A DNA stretch of 28,548 nt from Microcystaceae cyanobacterium. Lineage in GTDB: Bacteria > Cyanobacteriota > Cyanobacteriia > Cyanobacteriales > Microcystaceae. Under the pieces are notes generated by a model. It ran no database searches. It saw only the letters and a list, made by a program, of their open reading frames with translations, and was not told the DNA's origin. Where the stretch lies: positions 1 to 28,548 of the forward strand of contig JBGTGT010000047.1 of the NCBI GenBank assembly GCA_041746575.1, in the 5' to 3' direction. Made by a program: the position numbers and the translations under genes. Shown here one piece after another: positions 1-9,859 of the stretch (position 1 is the first letter of the stretch; each line of letters starts with the position of its first letter).

Positions 1-580
1 GAGGAATATGAACAATTTTTTTGCCAAATAATTGGACGTCTCGCTCAAATGGACACTGGGGCGGCACTAACTTACAGATAAAGCGCGCTAGGCGAGGATC
101 ACGGACGTCCATGTCATCTAACCAGTGTTTGATAGGTTTGAGGACATCAACGTGAGGTTTGGGCGGACTAACAATGGGGGCATTTTCCGCATCGGGATAA
201 TCGTCTGGGGGCAGACAAAGCGTATGTTCTAAAGCAGAGAGAGCGTCAATTTTTAAGCCTAACGCTTGGTTATACTGATGGAGTAAGTCTGCTTCTGAGC
301 TAGAGTAAATACCATCGGCTACAGCCACTAAAACGGCGGTTCGCATAAAGTTTTCAGCGATCGCTGTTCCATAGCCAAAGACTTCAACCAGTTCATCAGT
401 TGAGATCGTTTTGTAAAGGACGGCATTTTCGTCATCGAGAGCTAATTCTCGGGTTAATTGGGTGATTAATTCTTGTTCTTCTGGTTCGTAGTTGCCGTCT
501 GCCCAAGCGATTGTCAGAAGTCCTCGCAACCATGCTGTGATTTGTTCGTTACTATATCGAGATTTTGTTGTGCTAACCAT
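1..580 (-). CDS. Mo-dependent nitrogenase C-terminal domain protein with TerB-like N-terminal region (3' end outside window)
   Basis: Missing from the ORF track because it runs off the edge. ATG at 580-578 reads MVSTTKSRYSNEQITAWLRGLLTIAWADGNYEPEEQELI...AVADGIYSSSE...ARFICKLVPPQCPFERDVQLFGKKIVHIP with no stop. The CKLxPxQCPFERD motif is typical of this cyanobacterial family. Confidence 0.85.
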   Translation of the reverse strand, partial: MVSTTKSRYSNEQITAWLRGLLTIAWADGNYEPEEQELITQLTRELALDDENAVLYKTISTDELVEVFGYGTAIAENFMRTAVLVAVADGIYSSSEADLLHQYNQALGLKIDALSALEHTLCLPPDDYPDAENAPIVSPPKPHVDVLKPIKHWLDDMDVRDPRLARFICKLVPPQCPFERDVQLFGKKIVHIP

Positions 581-697
581 AGGAATAAGCTGAGTGATCT
601 AGCCTTGCTTTCAGTATAAATCATTGACTATCGGCTGAGGATTAAAGACTTCAACAGAGAGAAAATGAGCGCAGAAAATACACTTGTTCTGCAATTT

Positions 698-1015
698 TCA
701 ATGAATGGTAGGAGTATCTTCTGAAATATCTCCATTTAATACTTGTCTCGCCATAAAACGGCATCCGGCACAGTCACACCCATAACGAGCGATCGCCTCA
801 TCTCCCAAAGAATCATTATTGAGTAAGTCACTATCCCAACCACTGCAACCGCAATTCTCTGCCATGTCTGCTACGGTTTCAGGGGTATCATTAGCGGTGA
901 AAACCAATTCTCTGATGGGGGATTCATTGGCTTGGACGCTGTTACTGAGGGCTAAGGTTAGTAATATAGAACTGGAACAGCCTAAGAGAGTTAATTCTTT
1001 CTGTGTCATTTTCAT
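698..1015 (-). CDS. Small exported Cys-rich hypothetical protein (CGC...GCDCAGC)
   Basis: 105 aa. GAGGAG RBS immediately upstream and TATAAT at 1045-1050 on the minus strand. N-terminal signal peptide ending VQA. C-terminal CxCxxC motif. Confidence 0.75.
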   Translation of the reverse strand: MKMTQKELTLLGCSSSILLTLALSNSVQANESPIRELVFTANDTPETVADMAENCGCSGWDSDLLNNDSLGDEAIARYGCDCAGCRFMARQVLNGDISEDTPTIH

Positions 1016-1098
1016 TTCTCCTCACCTAAAGAAGCGTTTTTGATATTATAGATCACATCCAAAAAGTTTTCGTTAAGATCATACTTTCAAGTTAAAAG

Positions 1099-1605
1099 CT
1101 AATGAGCAATCTGAATATCTCCCGATTTGAATGAGTGTGATATGGTAGTTACAATTTTATCATATTCTTCTTTTCGTGCCATAGGATATTGAATATATAA
1201 ATGATTAATAGATCCTTCACCAATATAAGTTTTTATGTATATTATGTAGCCAGTTTGATACCCTGAGAGAACAAACCAGTTATTACCAGTAGTTTGATAA
1301 GTAATAGCGTCAAATTTGTTTTTAGCAGATTCTAATTCGCTTTGTAAGGTATCATCCATAACATTATTGATGCCACTAGCAATCATTATGAATCCGTTAT
1401 GATTATAAAATCGTCGTCCATCATTATTCATGGGTGCAGATTCAATACCAAAATGTTGTGGATATTGAACACAAAATCCATATCGATTATTGCAGTATTG
1501 TTCATATACTTGTGCATTTATTAGAGAAGAATACCCTATTCCTACACTTAAACCCATTCCCACTAAGAAAGTTTTCAAGAATTTAGCCATATTCACTAAT
1601 TCCAT
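1099..1605 (-). CDS. Exported hypothetical protein, possibly PsbP/Mog1-like fold
   Basis: 168 aa. Signal peptide ending INA, then YCNNRYGFCVQYP...WFVLSG...YP...ISHSF pattern. True start may be the second Met (MAKFLK). Confidence 0.7.
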   Translation of the reverse strand: MELVNMAKFLKTFLVGMGLSVGIGYSSLINAQVYEQYCNNRYGFCVQYPQHFGIESAPMNNDGRRFYNHNGFIMIASGINNVMDDTLQSELESAKNKFDAITYQTTGNNWFVLSGYQTGYIIYIKTYIGEGSINHLYIQYPMARKEEYDKIVTTISHSFKSGDIQIAH

Positions 1606-1753
1606 ACTCTATTCTTTCAGGATACTCGTAAACCTCTACAAAGTTACCAATAAATAAGATTTTTTTTCGATAATGATATTGGTAATCGTTAACGGGACAT
1701 ACTAAAAGGTAAATAGGGTCTTTTATGTCTTGTTGCTGAACCCTCATCTAGCG

Positions 1754-1999
1754 ATGAAAAAACTTTGTTTTATTACTCTTTCCCTTGCAGTGGCTATAAT
1801 ACAATCAGCATCCGTTTTAGCTTCTCCACAATTATGGCGATCGCAATCGGGTAAAACTCAAATTTATAATCTTGATAACCCTTGCGACAGAATCACCGAT
1901 TCGCTTGACGCTCAAACTGCTTTTGGTAATACTCTTTATCAAGGTTCAATAGTTGTTGAAATCAGAAAAAAGGCGCAAACTCGCGCCCCTACATTCTAA
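1754..1999 (+). CDS. Short secreted-type hypothetical protein, probably a truncated remnant
   Basis: ATG at 1754 gives a classical signal peptide MKKLCFITLSLAVAIIQSASVLA. The last codons run through the clpC terminator hairpin. Confidence 0.4.
   Translation: MKKLCFITLSLAVAIIQSASVLASPQLWRSQSGKTQIYNLDNPCDRITDSLDAQTAFGNTLYQGSIVVEIRKKAQTRAPTF
1966..1987 (-). terminator. Second intrinsic terminator downstream of the clpC paralogue
   Basis: Minus strand GGCGCG-AGTT-TGCGCC followed by TTTTTT. Confidence 0.6.
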
Positions 2000-2025
2000 A
2001 AAAAAGGGGAAATGACTCCCCCTTT
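1998..2025 (-). terminator. First intrinsic terminator downstream of the clpC paralogue
   Basis: Minus strand AAAGGGGGA-GTCATT-TCCCC followed by an 8-T run, about 30 nt after the stop codon. Confidence 0.75.
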
Positions 2026-2053
2026 GCAGTTAATTAATTTTCATTTTCTGACT

Positions 2054-4423
2054 TTACCCGACAGGTTGTAATTGCCAAGCATTTTGTTTAACAGAGGCAG
2101 AAACCTGAATATTTCCCGCTTCATCTACATCCATTTTAACGACTTGTCCATCTTTGACTTGACCCGATAAAATGGCTTCTGCCAAACTATCTTCTAAGAG
2201 GCGCATCATGGCACGACGTAATGGTCTTGCGCCGTAACTGGGATCATAGCCTTCTTCAACCACTTTGGCTTTAAACGCATCAGTGACTTCTAAAACAATA
2301 TTACGCTGTTCTAGCAGTAAATTCGCCGCATCTTGCAGTAAAATATCGGCAATCTGGGTCAGTTCTTCTTTAGTTAACTGACGGAAGACAATAACATCAT
2401 CTAAACGGTTCAGAAATTCAGGACGGAAGTAGTCTTTGAGATTGTCAAAAACTTGATTGCGAATGCGTTGATATTGCGCTTCCGTTGCATCACCACTGAT
2501 CTCAAAGCCTAAGCCTTTGCCGCCTTTTTCAATCGCCTTTGAACCGACATTAGAGGTCATAATAATCAAGGTATTTTTAAAGTTTACCTTGCGACCTTTA
2601 GCATCCGTTAAATGACCCTCATCTAACAATTGCAACAGCAAATTATAGACGTCAGGATGGGCTTTTTCAATTTCATCAAAGAGAACGACACTATAAGGTT
2701 GACGACGCACGGCTTCCGTCAGTTGTCCTCCTTCTTCGTAGCCAATAAAACCGGGAGGTGAACCGATTAACTTAGAGACGGTGTGACGTTCCATGAATTC
2801 CGACATATCGAGGCGAATCATGGCATCTTCTGAACCAAACATGAACTTAGCGAGGGCTTTCGTTAATTCCGTTTTACCGACTCCAGTTGGTCCTGCAAAG
2901 ACAAAACTGGCAAGAGGACGATTAGCATCCTGTAACCCCACTCTGGCGCGTCGGATGGCACGAGACACCGCTTTGACCGCATCTTCTTGACCAATCAGCC
3001 GTTCATGGAGTCTGGCTTCCAAATACAGCAAGGATTCCGATTCGGATTCCGAAAGTTTTACCACCGGTACACCTGTCCATGAGGCGACGATTTGGGCGAT
3101 GTCTTGCTCATCTACCACGGGAATGAGGGATTCAGGGTTAATAATGGCCGATTCTTGTTTAGTTTCGAGCCGATTTTTGAGGGAATGACGAATATGTAAA
3201 CAAGATCCCGATTCATCCATCAAATCAATCGCTTTATCGGGCAAAAAGCGGTCAGAGATGTAGCGATCGCTTAATTCAACGGCCGCTTTTAACGCTTGAT
3301 CGGTATATTTCACGTTATGGAAAGCTTCATACGGACGACGGAGACCTTGCAGAATTTCAATGGCTTCTTCTACGGAGGGTTCTCCTACCATTACAGGCTG
3401 AAAACGACGTTCTAGGGCGGCATCTTTTTCGATGTATTTGCGATACTCATCTAAGGTAGTTGTGCCGATACATTGCAGTTCCCCGCGCGCTAAGGCCGGT
3501 TTGAGCATATTAGCCGCATCCAAACTTCCCCCCATTGATCCCCCGCCAACGAGAGTGTGAATTTCGTCAATAAAGAGGATAATATTGCCTTTTTGCTTGA
3601 CTTCTTGGACAATTGTTTTTAGTCGCTCCTCAAATTCACCTCGGAAGCGTGTTCCTGCCACCAATAATCCCATATCAAGGGCAATGACTTCTTTATCGTG
3701 CAGGAGAGGGGGAATTTCTTGATTGACAATGCGTTGAGCTAAGCCTTCGGCAATGGCGGTTTTGCCGACACCGGGTTCTCCCACTAAAACGGTGTTATTT
3801 TTGGTGCGACGGCCTAAAATTTGAATGGTACGCTCTACCTCTTTCATTCTACCCACCATGGGGTCAAGCTTTCCTTCTCTGGCGCGCTGGGTTAAATTAA
3901 TGCCGAAATTCTCTAGCGTGGGGGATTTTTGGGAGCTTCCACCAAATAGAGAAAAGTTATCTTCCTCAAAACCAACCCCAACGGCTTGTTTTTCCCCAGC
4001 TTGTTTGATGAGTTCAGTGCGAAGACGTTTGAGATCAACCCCTTGTTGAATCAAGAGTTTAGCCGCTACGGTATCAGGATGAGCAATCAACGCCAGTAGT
4101 AAATGTTCGGGGGTGACGGATTTGTCTCCTAATTGACGCGATTCTCTAAGAGCTTGTTCTAAAATCCGCTTAACGGTGGGGGTAAAGGGAATATTGGCAG
4201 GAACATAATTGGAACGCTGTTGGGTAAGTTGAGTCACCAGATTACGGGTTTCACTGAGCATTACCCCTAAGTTCATTAAGGTGATAGCCGCATTCGACGT
4301 TCCTTCCCTCAATAATCCTAATAATAAGTATTCTGTACCCACCATGTCTTGGTTGGCTTTGCGAGCCTCCTCTTGAGACATCATGATGGCTTTAATGGCT
4401 TTATCGCTAAAATATTCAAACAT
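2054..4423 (-). CDS. clpC: ATP-dependent Clp protease ATP-binding subunit, ClpC-like paralogue without the UVR/middle domain
   Basis: Two Clp-N repeats. Walker A GEPGVGKT and GPTGVGKT. Walker B FIDEIH and LFDEIEKAH. ClpP-docking LGF loop. GARPLRR sensor. Confidence 0.9.
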   Translation of the reverse strand: MFEYFSDKAIKAIMMSQEEARKANQDMVGTEYLLLGLLREGTSNAAITLMNLGVMLSETRNLVTQLTQQRSNYVPANIPFTPTVKRILEQALRESRQLGDKSVTPEHLLLALIAHPDTVAAKLLIQQGVDLKRLRTELIKQAGEKQAVGVGFEEDNFSLFGGSSQKSPTLENFGINLTQRAREGKLDPMVGRMKEVERTIQILGRRTKNNTVLVGEPGVGKTAIAEGLAQRIVNQEIPPLLHDKEVIALDMGLLVAGTRFRGEFEERLKTIVQEVKQKGNIILFIDEIHTLVGGGSMGGSLDAANMLKPALARGELQCIGTTTLDEYRKYIEKDAALERRFQPVMVGEPSVEEAIEILQGLRRPYEAFHNVKYTDQALKAAVELSDRYISDRFLPDKAIDLMDESGSCLHIRHSLKNRLETKQESAIINPESLIPVVDEQDIAQIVASWTGVPVVKLSESESESLLYLEARLHERLIGQEDAVKAVSRAIRRARVGLQDANRPLASFVFAGPTGVGKTELTKALAKFMFGSEDAMIRLDMSEFMERHTVSKLIGSPPGFIGYEEGGQLTEAVRRQPYSVVLFDEIEKAHPDVYNLLLQLLDEGHLTDAKGRKVNFKNTLIIMTSNVGSKAIEKGGKGLGFEISGDATEAQYQRIRNQVFDNLKDYFRPEFLNRLDDVIVFRQLTKEELTQIADILLQDAANLLLEQRNIVLEVTDAFKAKVVEEGYDPSYGARPLRRAMMRLLEDSLAEAILSGQVKDGQVVKMDVDEAGNIQVSASVKQNAWQLQPVG

Positions 4424-4455
4424 AATAATAACAGTTTTGTTTGTTACATTTCTTT

Positions 4456-4510
4456 ATCTTACCGTTACTCTACCGTGTCTGGGTAGCGATCGTAGTGAGG
4501 ATAGCCGTAT
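4456..4510 (-). promoter_or_regulatory. Putative K-box/Rre1-type element plus -10 hexamer for clpC
   Basis: Minus strand ATACGG-CTAT-CCTCAC (4510-4495) matches 9 of 11 fixed positions of the K-box consensus as I recall it (GTTCGG-NNAN-CCNNAC). TAAGAT (4461-4456) lies 33 nt downstream. Confidence 0.45.
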
Positions 4511-4603
4511 TTTAACGGGCAAAATTTAGAGTCTCCTCATCTAGATTTCAGAAAATCAGCCTATAACTAAGTTGTAAAATTTATTTACAGTAATTCGGCA
4601 GGT

Positions 4604-5326
4604 ATGACCATGAAGCTTATTGATAATCTTTTGCTGATTCACCCTATTTTAGTGATAGCGTTGGTGTTTCCTCTTATTGGTATGGTGGTCAATTTTGCTT
4701 GGCAAACCTATCAACGGCGTAGAGCGACGGCAAAAGGGGAAAAAAGCAAGATTCCACCGCTCGTAGGGCGGAGTCATTTAGATTTAGGGCGATGGTTGAC
4801 AGCCTCGGTGGTAGGGGTAACGTTAATTGCGCTCGCTTATTCTATTACGTCTGAATACGCCCACCAAGGAAAATTGAATGAATTGACGTTTATTTTGATT
4901 GCTTGTATTTTTGTGGCAACAATTGTGTCTCTTTTCTTGCTCTATAAAGCGAGTACTCCTCTCTGGCGCGGCGTATTTGCCACCTTAACAGGGATTGGGT
5001 TAGTCATTTTGGGGGGACAAGAAGGGGTTTATCGTCAAACTGAAATCTGGTATCGTTCTCATTATTATTACGGGATTGCGGCCTGTTTTTTGATGATTTT
5101 TTCTTTAACGATCATCCCAGAGATTTATCGTCACCAAAAGTGGCGTTATGCCCATATTATTCTCAATTGTATTGCTATCTTTTTCTTTGTCGGTCTAGCG
5201 ATCACTGGCGCAGTCGCTTTACTGGAAATTCCCCTTTCATGGCAAAAACCTCATCTTTATAAGTGCGACTTTCAGAATTTAACCTGTCCTGAAGCGTTTC
5301 TGCCTCAATCAACATTAAACGGGTAA
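4604..5326 (+). CDS. DUF4079-family membrane protein
   Basis: 240 aa with multiple TM helices. Motifs IHP, KSKIPPLVGRSH..GRWL, SHYYYG, WRYAH and C-terminal LLEIPLSWQKP..Y.CDF.N.TCP. Confidence 0.8.
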   Translation: MTMKLIDNLLLIHPILVIALVFPLIGMVVNFAWQTYQRRRATAKGEKSKIPPLVGRSHLDLGRWLTASVVGVTLIALAYSITSEYAHQGKLNELTFILIACIFVATIVSLFLLYKASTPLWRGVFATLTGIGLVILGGQEGVYRQTEIWYRSHYYYGIAACFLMIFSLTIIPEIYRHQKWRYAHIILNCIAIFFFVGLAITGAVALLEIPLSWQKPHLYKCDFQNLTCPEAFLPQSTLNG

Positions 5327-5754
5327 TCAAATGAGCCTAAGTTACGGGTGCGGCTCACTGGTTAGGCACTGACTTTGCGCATTGTGAGGGCTTACTATTG
5401 ACAATTTACGATCCCTATCATCACTATCATCACTGATAAACATAATTAATGCTAATGAATTAGACAAGAAAAGATTAACAAAGGGTTAAGCAATAGCGGT
5501 TAAAAGTTGATGCTGACTGCATTGTAGGGGGTTTGTTTGCCTAAAATTAAGCCCGAAAAGGACTAGCCCTACTACATAAGTAAAACTTATTTTAATTTTA
5601 ATTAAGAATTTCATTACTAATGCCAGCTGAAGTCTGGGAAGTTTTCCCCTAGTATCTAGATTAGGAGTTATCCTAAGCAAAGCAATCCTTCAAAATCTTC
5701 TTAGAAGGGGTGTGGTGTGAAGATAAGCTCTTAATTCCATAACCGATCACTTAA

Positions 5755-6063
<309 letters not shown>

Positions 6064-6081
6064 GCTTGGTCAAACAATCCT

Positions 6082-6111
6082 AGGGTAATAACTTTTTTAT
6101 TACCCTTTTTT
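6082..6111 (+). terminator. Intrinsic terminator between the two ferredoxin genes
   Basis: Perfect 10-bp stem AGGGTAATAA / TTATTACCCT, 5-nt loop, then a T run. Confidence 0.85.
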
Positions 6112-6117
6112 ATTTAA

Positions 6118-6522
<405 letters not shown>

Positions 6523-6573
6523 TTCTGCCCCCAAAAAGACCCAGTAGCTCTCTTTGCGATTGAGGCTCAATAC

Positions 6574-6756
6574 CTAAGAAACCTGTCCCCAAAGTCCTTG
6601 CCCTAATTGAAATAACTCAAAGACGATAAAGGTAACCAGAATTAAGGTAACCACTTGATTGAGCAAGGGGATCTCATTCTTACCGAGCAAGGACGTGATG
6701 ACTTTCACAACCAGAATGGCGAATCCCGCTAAAATCAAAGCTTTACTGTAGTTCAT
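6574..6756 (-). CDS. Small two-helix membrane hypothetical protein
   Basis: 60 aa, two hydrophobic segments, AGGAG RBS about 11 nt upstream, fills an otherwise empty gap. Confidence 0.65.
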   Translation of the reverse strand: MNYSKALILAGFAILVVKVITSLLGKNEIPLLNQVVTLILVTFIVFELFQLGQGLWGQVS

Positions 6757-6822
6757 CTTTTAAAACGCTCCTTTTTTATAATAGCTGAATAAACCTTAAA
6801 TCTTAGAATACACGAGAAGCCT

Positions 6823-7302
6823 GTGATTGCTCTATACCCTGGCAGTTTTGACCCTATTACGTTAGGACATCTTGATATTATTGAGCGAGGGGGTCAGCTT
6901 TTTGAGAAGGTGATTGTCACGGTTTTGCGTAATCCCAATAAGCAACCGCTCTTTCCCGTCGAAAAACGAATTGAACAGATTAAAGATTGTATTCAGCATC
7001 TAGATAACGTCGAAGTTGAGAGTTTTTGGGGATTAACGGTCGATTATGCTAAGTCTTGTCAGGCTCAAGTTCTCCTGCGAGGATTGCGGGTGTTATCGGA
7101 TTTTGAAAAAGAGCTACAGATGGCGCATACGAATAAAACTCTGCGGGAAGATATTGAAACCGTTTTTTTAGCCACGCAAAAAGAATACAGTTTTCTGAGT
7201 AGTAGTATTGTAAAAGAGATCGCCCAATTTGGCGGTGATATCTCTCATCTTGTTCCTGCCAATGTCGCTCAAGACATTTATACTTATTATCGTTCAAAAT
7301 AA
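6823..7302 (+). CDS. coaD: Pantetheine-phosphate adenylyltransferase
   Basis: [40 protein letters not shown] start. Confidence 0.97.
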   Translation: MIALYPGSFDPITLGHLDIIERGGQLFEKVIVTVLRNPNKQPLFPVEKRIEQIKDCIQHLDNVEVESFWGLTVDYAKSCQAQVLLRGLRVLSDFEKELQMAHTNKTLREDIETVFLATQKEYSFLSSSIVKEIAQFGGDISHLVPANVAQDIYTYYRSK

Positions 7303-7327
7303 CTCATTAAATTAAGTTGTATTTTCT

Positions 7328-8053
7328 ATGGCACGCCAAACGTCTAACTCCTCTCAAAATCCGTCCTCTGAGCCTATCACCCCTGCTAAGGTTAATTTTG
7401 ATATTCGGACTCCGATTCAAGAACTCGAAGACCTTATTTTGGATTGTTTCCGGATTCCGTTAACCCGATGGACGATTATTGACGAAGATAACGTCATCGA
7501 TCAACTAGATGCGATCAGAGAGAGTGTTCCCGACGCAATTAAGCAAGCGGCCGCCATATTAGAACAAAAAGAGCAAATTCTCGCGGAAGCCAATAGTCAG
7601 TACCAACGGATGATTGAATCGGCACAACAGCGTGCGGCCGAAATTTTAGACCAAACAAGGATTATTCAACAAGCAGAAGCGGAAGCATCTCAAATTCGTC
7701 AGCAGGTACAGCAAGATTGTGAGCAAATGCAACGTAAAATTATGGAAGATGTTGAGCAAATGCGTCAAATCACCACTCAAGAGATTGACCAGTATCGTCA
7801 ACAAGCCCAAGCAGAATACCAAGATATGCAAAAAGGGGCAGAAGAATACGCCGATCAACGTTTAAGATATATAGAACAGCGTTTAGGACAAACAATTCAA
7901 GAATTTAGCCAAATTTTGCAGGAAGTACGCAATGGTCGTCAGCAACTTCAAGGCAATCCTCCTCCGTCGTCGACAAAAGCTCTTCCTCCTCAATTGGATC
8001 CTAAGCGGAGTAAGGGAGACGGCCGAAAAATGAAAACAAATAGTAAGCGATAA
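7328..8053 (+). CDS. cdv3: DivIVA-like coiled-coil cell-division protein Cdv3
   Basis: LEDLI...RIPLTRWTIIDE..V.DQLD N-terminus, long Q/E-rich coiled coil, GAEEYAD motif. Usual position downstream of coaD. Confidence 0.8.
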   Translation: MARQTSNSSQNPSSEPITPAKVNFDIRTPIQELEDLILDCFRIPLTRWTIIDEDNVIDQLDAIRESVPDAIKQAAAILEQKEQILAEANSQYQRMIESAQQRAAEILDQTRIIQQAEAEASQIRQQVQQDCEQMQRKIMEDVEQMRQITTQEIDQYRQQAQAEYQDMQKGAEEYADQRLRYIEQRLGQTIQEFSQILQEVRNGRQQLQGNPPPSSTKALPPQLDPKRSKGDGRKMKTNSKR

Positions 8054-8104
8054 GTTTTAAAATCGAGACAGATTAAGTCGTCTTATGACAAAAGTGGTGG
8101 AAAA

Positions 8105-9082
8105 ATGCTCTCTCATCCCCTGAAAGTAGCCCTAATTGGTACAGGCTTTGTAGCGAAACGTCGCGCTGAAGCGTTACAGTCCGACTCTCGTGTGCAGTTA
8201 ACCTTTGTATCGGGTCATACGTCTGCTCATGTGGCGGATTTTTGTCAAAAATTCGGATTATCTTCTTTAAACAATTGGCAAGAGCTAGTCACTCATCCTG
8301 ACGTAGATTTAGTAATGATTTGCTCGATTAATAGTGAACACGGTTTGATGACTCGCTTGGCGTTGGAGTCGGGTAAGCATGTAGTAGTGGAATATCCCCT
8401 CGCTTTAACCGCACAAGAAGGTCAAGAATTAATAGAATTAGCCCAGCAAAAAAATCTGTTTCTTCATGTTGAACATTTGGAAATTTTAGGAGAATTACAT
8501 CAAGTTATTAAACAACATTTGCCCGAATTAGGTAAGGTTTTTTATGCAAAATATACCACTTCTTACAAAATTGAAGATCCGCCTTTGCGTTGGAATTTTA
8601 ATAAAAAGCAGTTTGGTTTTCCTTTAATTTCTGCTCTTTCTCGAATTCATCGCTTTACGGATTTATTTGGCAAAGTGACGAAAGTGAATTGTCAATTTCA
8701 GTGGTGGGATCAAGAAAATTCAGATTATTTTAAAGCCTGTTTTGCCCATGCACAATTAACATTCAAAAATGGGATGATTGGAGAAATTGTTTATGGCAAA
8801 GGAGCTGTTTTTTATCAACATCAAAATGAATTTGAAGTGTATGGAGAACAAGGAAATTTACGATTTAAGGGGGATCAAGGTCAATTATTAACAAAAACTC
8901 AAGAAAAAACCATACAATTGGGTCTCCGTCGCGGCTTATTTGCTAAAGACACTCAAATGGTGATTGATCATCTATGGCAGGAAACCCCCCTCTATGTGAC
9001 GCCATCAGCTAGTCTATATGCCTTAGAAGTAGCAGAGGCGGCTCGAAAATCGGCAGAATCAGGACATAATTATAAATTATAA
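8105..9082 (+). CDS. bvdR: Biliverdin reductase (Gfo/Idh/MocA fold)
   Basis: GTGFVAKRRA, GKHVVVEYPLA, LHVEH, FGFPLISALSRI.RFTDLFG, YGKG, RRGLF..DT, as in cyanobacterial BvdR. Confidence 0.85.
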   Translation: MLSHPLKVALIGTGFVAKRRAEALQSDSRVQLTFVSGHTSAHVADFCQKFGLSSLNNWQELVTHPDVDLVMICSINSEHGLMTRLALESGKHVVVEYPLALTAQEGQELIELAQQKNLFLHVEHLEILGELHQVIKQHLPELGKVFYAKYTTSYKIEDPPLRWNFNKKQFGFPLISALSRIHRFTDLFGKVTKVNCQFQWWDQENSDYFKACFAHAQLTFKNGMIGEIVYGKGAVFYQHQNEFEVYGEQGNLRFKGDQGQLLTKTQEKTIQLGLRRGLFAKDTQMVIDHLWQETPLYVTPSASLYALEVAEAARKSAESGHNYKL

Positions 9083-9092
9083 GTAATCAATT

Positions 9093-9749
9093 ATGAATCG
9101 GGAGGAATGGAGTCAAATTCTGAGAAAACATCGGCTCATTGCGGTGATTCGTGCGCCAGAATTTGAACTGGGGCTAAAAATGGCTCAAGCTGTTGCAGAA
9201 GGAGGTATTCAACTGATCGAAATTACTTGGAATAGTGCTACCCCTCGACGCTTAATCGAAACTTTACAGGAAAAGTTACCCCATTGTATCGTCGGCACAG
9301 GTACGATTTTAACCCCTAACGACCTCAAAGAAGCGATCGCCGCTCGGTGTCAATTCTGCTTTAGTCCTCATACAGACGTTAATTTGATTGATTTAGCATT
9401 AGAGGCAAATATTGCAGTGATTCCGGGAGCATTAACCCCGACAGAGATTGTTACAGCATGGCAAGCCGGTGCAAGCAGTGTCAAAGTGTTTCCCATTGAA
9501 TCCGTCGGGGGAGTTAATTATCTTCGTCGTCTTCGCTCCCCGTTAGGTGATATTCCCTTAATTCCGACGGGGGGGGTGACTTTAGAGAATGCAGATTCAT
9601 TTTTAAAAGCAGGAGCGATCGCTGTGGGGTTATCCAGTCAATTATTGCCAAAGTGGGCAATTAAAGCAGAAAAATGGCAGATAATTAAGGAAAATGCCGT
9701 CAAGCTTTCTTTTAAGTGTCAATTCACCCTTCCTCCCGTTTCATCCTAA
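9093..9749 (+). CDS. eda: KDPG/KHG aldolase
   Basis: IAVIR, IEIT, GTGTI, PGALTPTEI, VKVFP, PTGGV. Confidence 0.92.
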   Translation: MNREEWSQILRKHRLIAVIRAPEFELGLKMAQAVAEGGIQLIEITWNSATPRRLIETLQEKLPHCIVGTGTILTPNDLKEAIAARCQFCFSPHTDVNLIDLALEANIAVIPGALTPTEIVTAWQAGASSVKVFPIESVGGVNYLRRLRSPLGDIPLIPTGGVTLENADSFLKAGAIAVGLSSQLLPKWAIKAEKWQIIKENAVKLSFKCQFTLPPVSS

Positions 9750-9799
9750 AGTCGTCTTAAGGTTTTTAGAGACGTCGTGTGATCGAAAAATAATTTCTC

Positions 9800-9829
9800 T
9801 TGTCAATTATAGTAAATTTTACTATAATT
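9800..9829 (+). promoter_or_regulatory. Sigma70-type promoter overlapped by an NrtR operator
   Basis: TTGTCA(9800-9805)-N17-TATAAT(9823-9828). Perfect palindrome AATTATAGTAAA-T-TTTACTATAATT (9805-9829) with the GT-N7-AC core of NrtR sites. nrtR lies in the downstream cluster. Confidence 0.88.
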
Positions 9830-9859
9830 AAAACGTGACGCCTAATTAGAGTAAGTAAA

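Noticed and set aside
1..580. Evidence for a nitrogenase cluster
   Set aside because: The domain name is historical. It is not a Nif structural protein, and no nif genes are in the window.
4574..4588. GTA...TAC palindrome upstream of DUF4079 as an NtcA site
   Set aside because: Spacer is 9 nt, not the 8 nt NtcA requires.
5346..5395. tRNA-like stretch GGGTGCG-GCTCA-CTGGTTAG-GCAC
   Set aside because: Resembles a D-arm only. No TTC T-loop, no anticodon stem, no acceptor-stem partner.
5398..5432. TTGACA followed by a CTATCATCA x2 tandem repeat as a promoter or repeat array
   Set aside because: The TATCAT hexamers lie 12 and 21 nt from the -35, and there are only two repeat copies.
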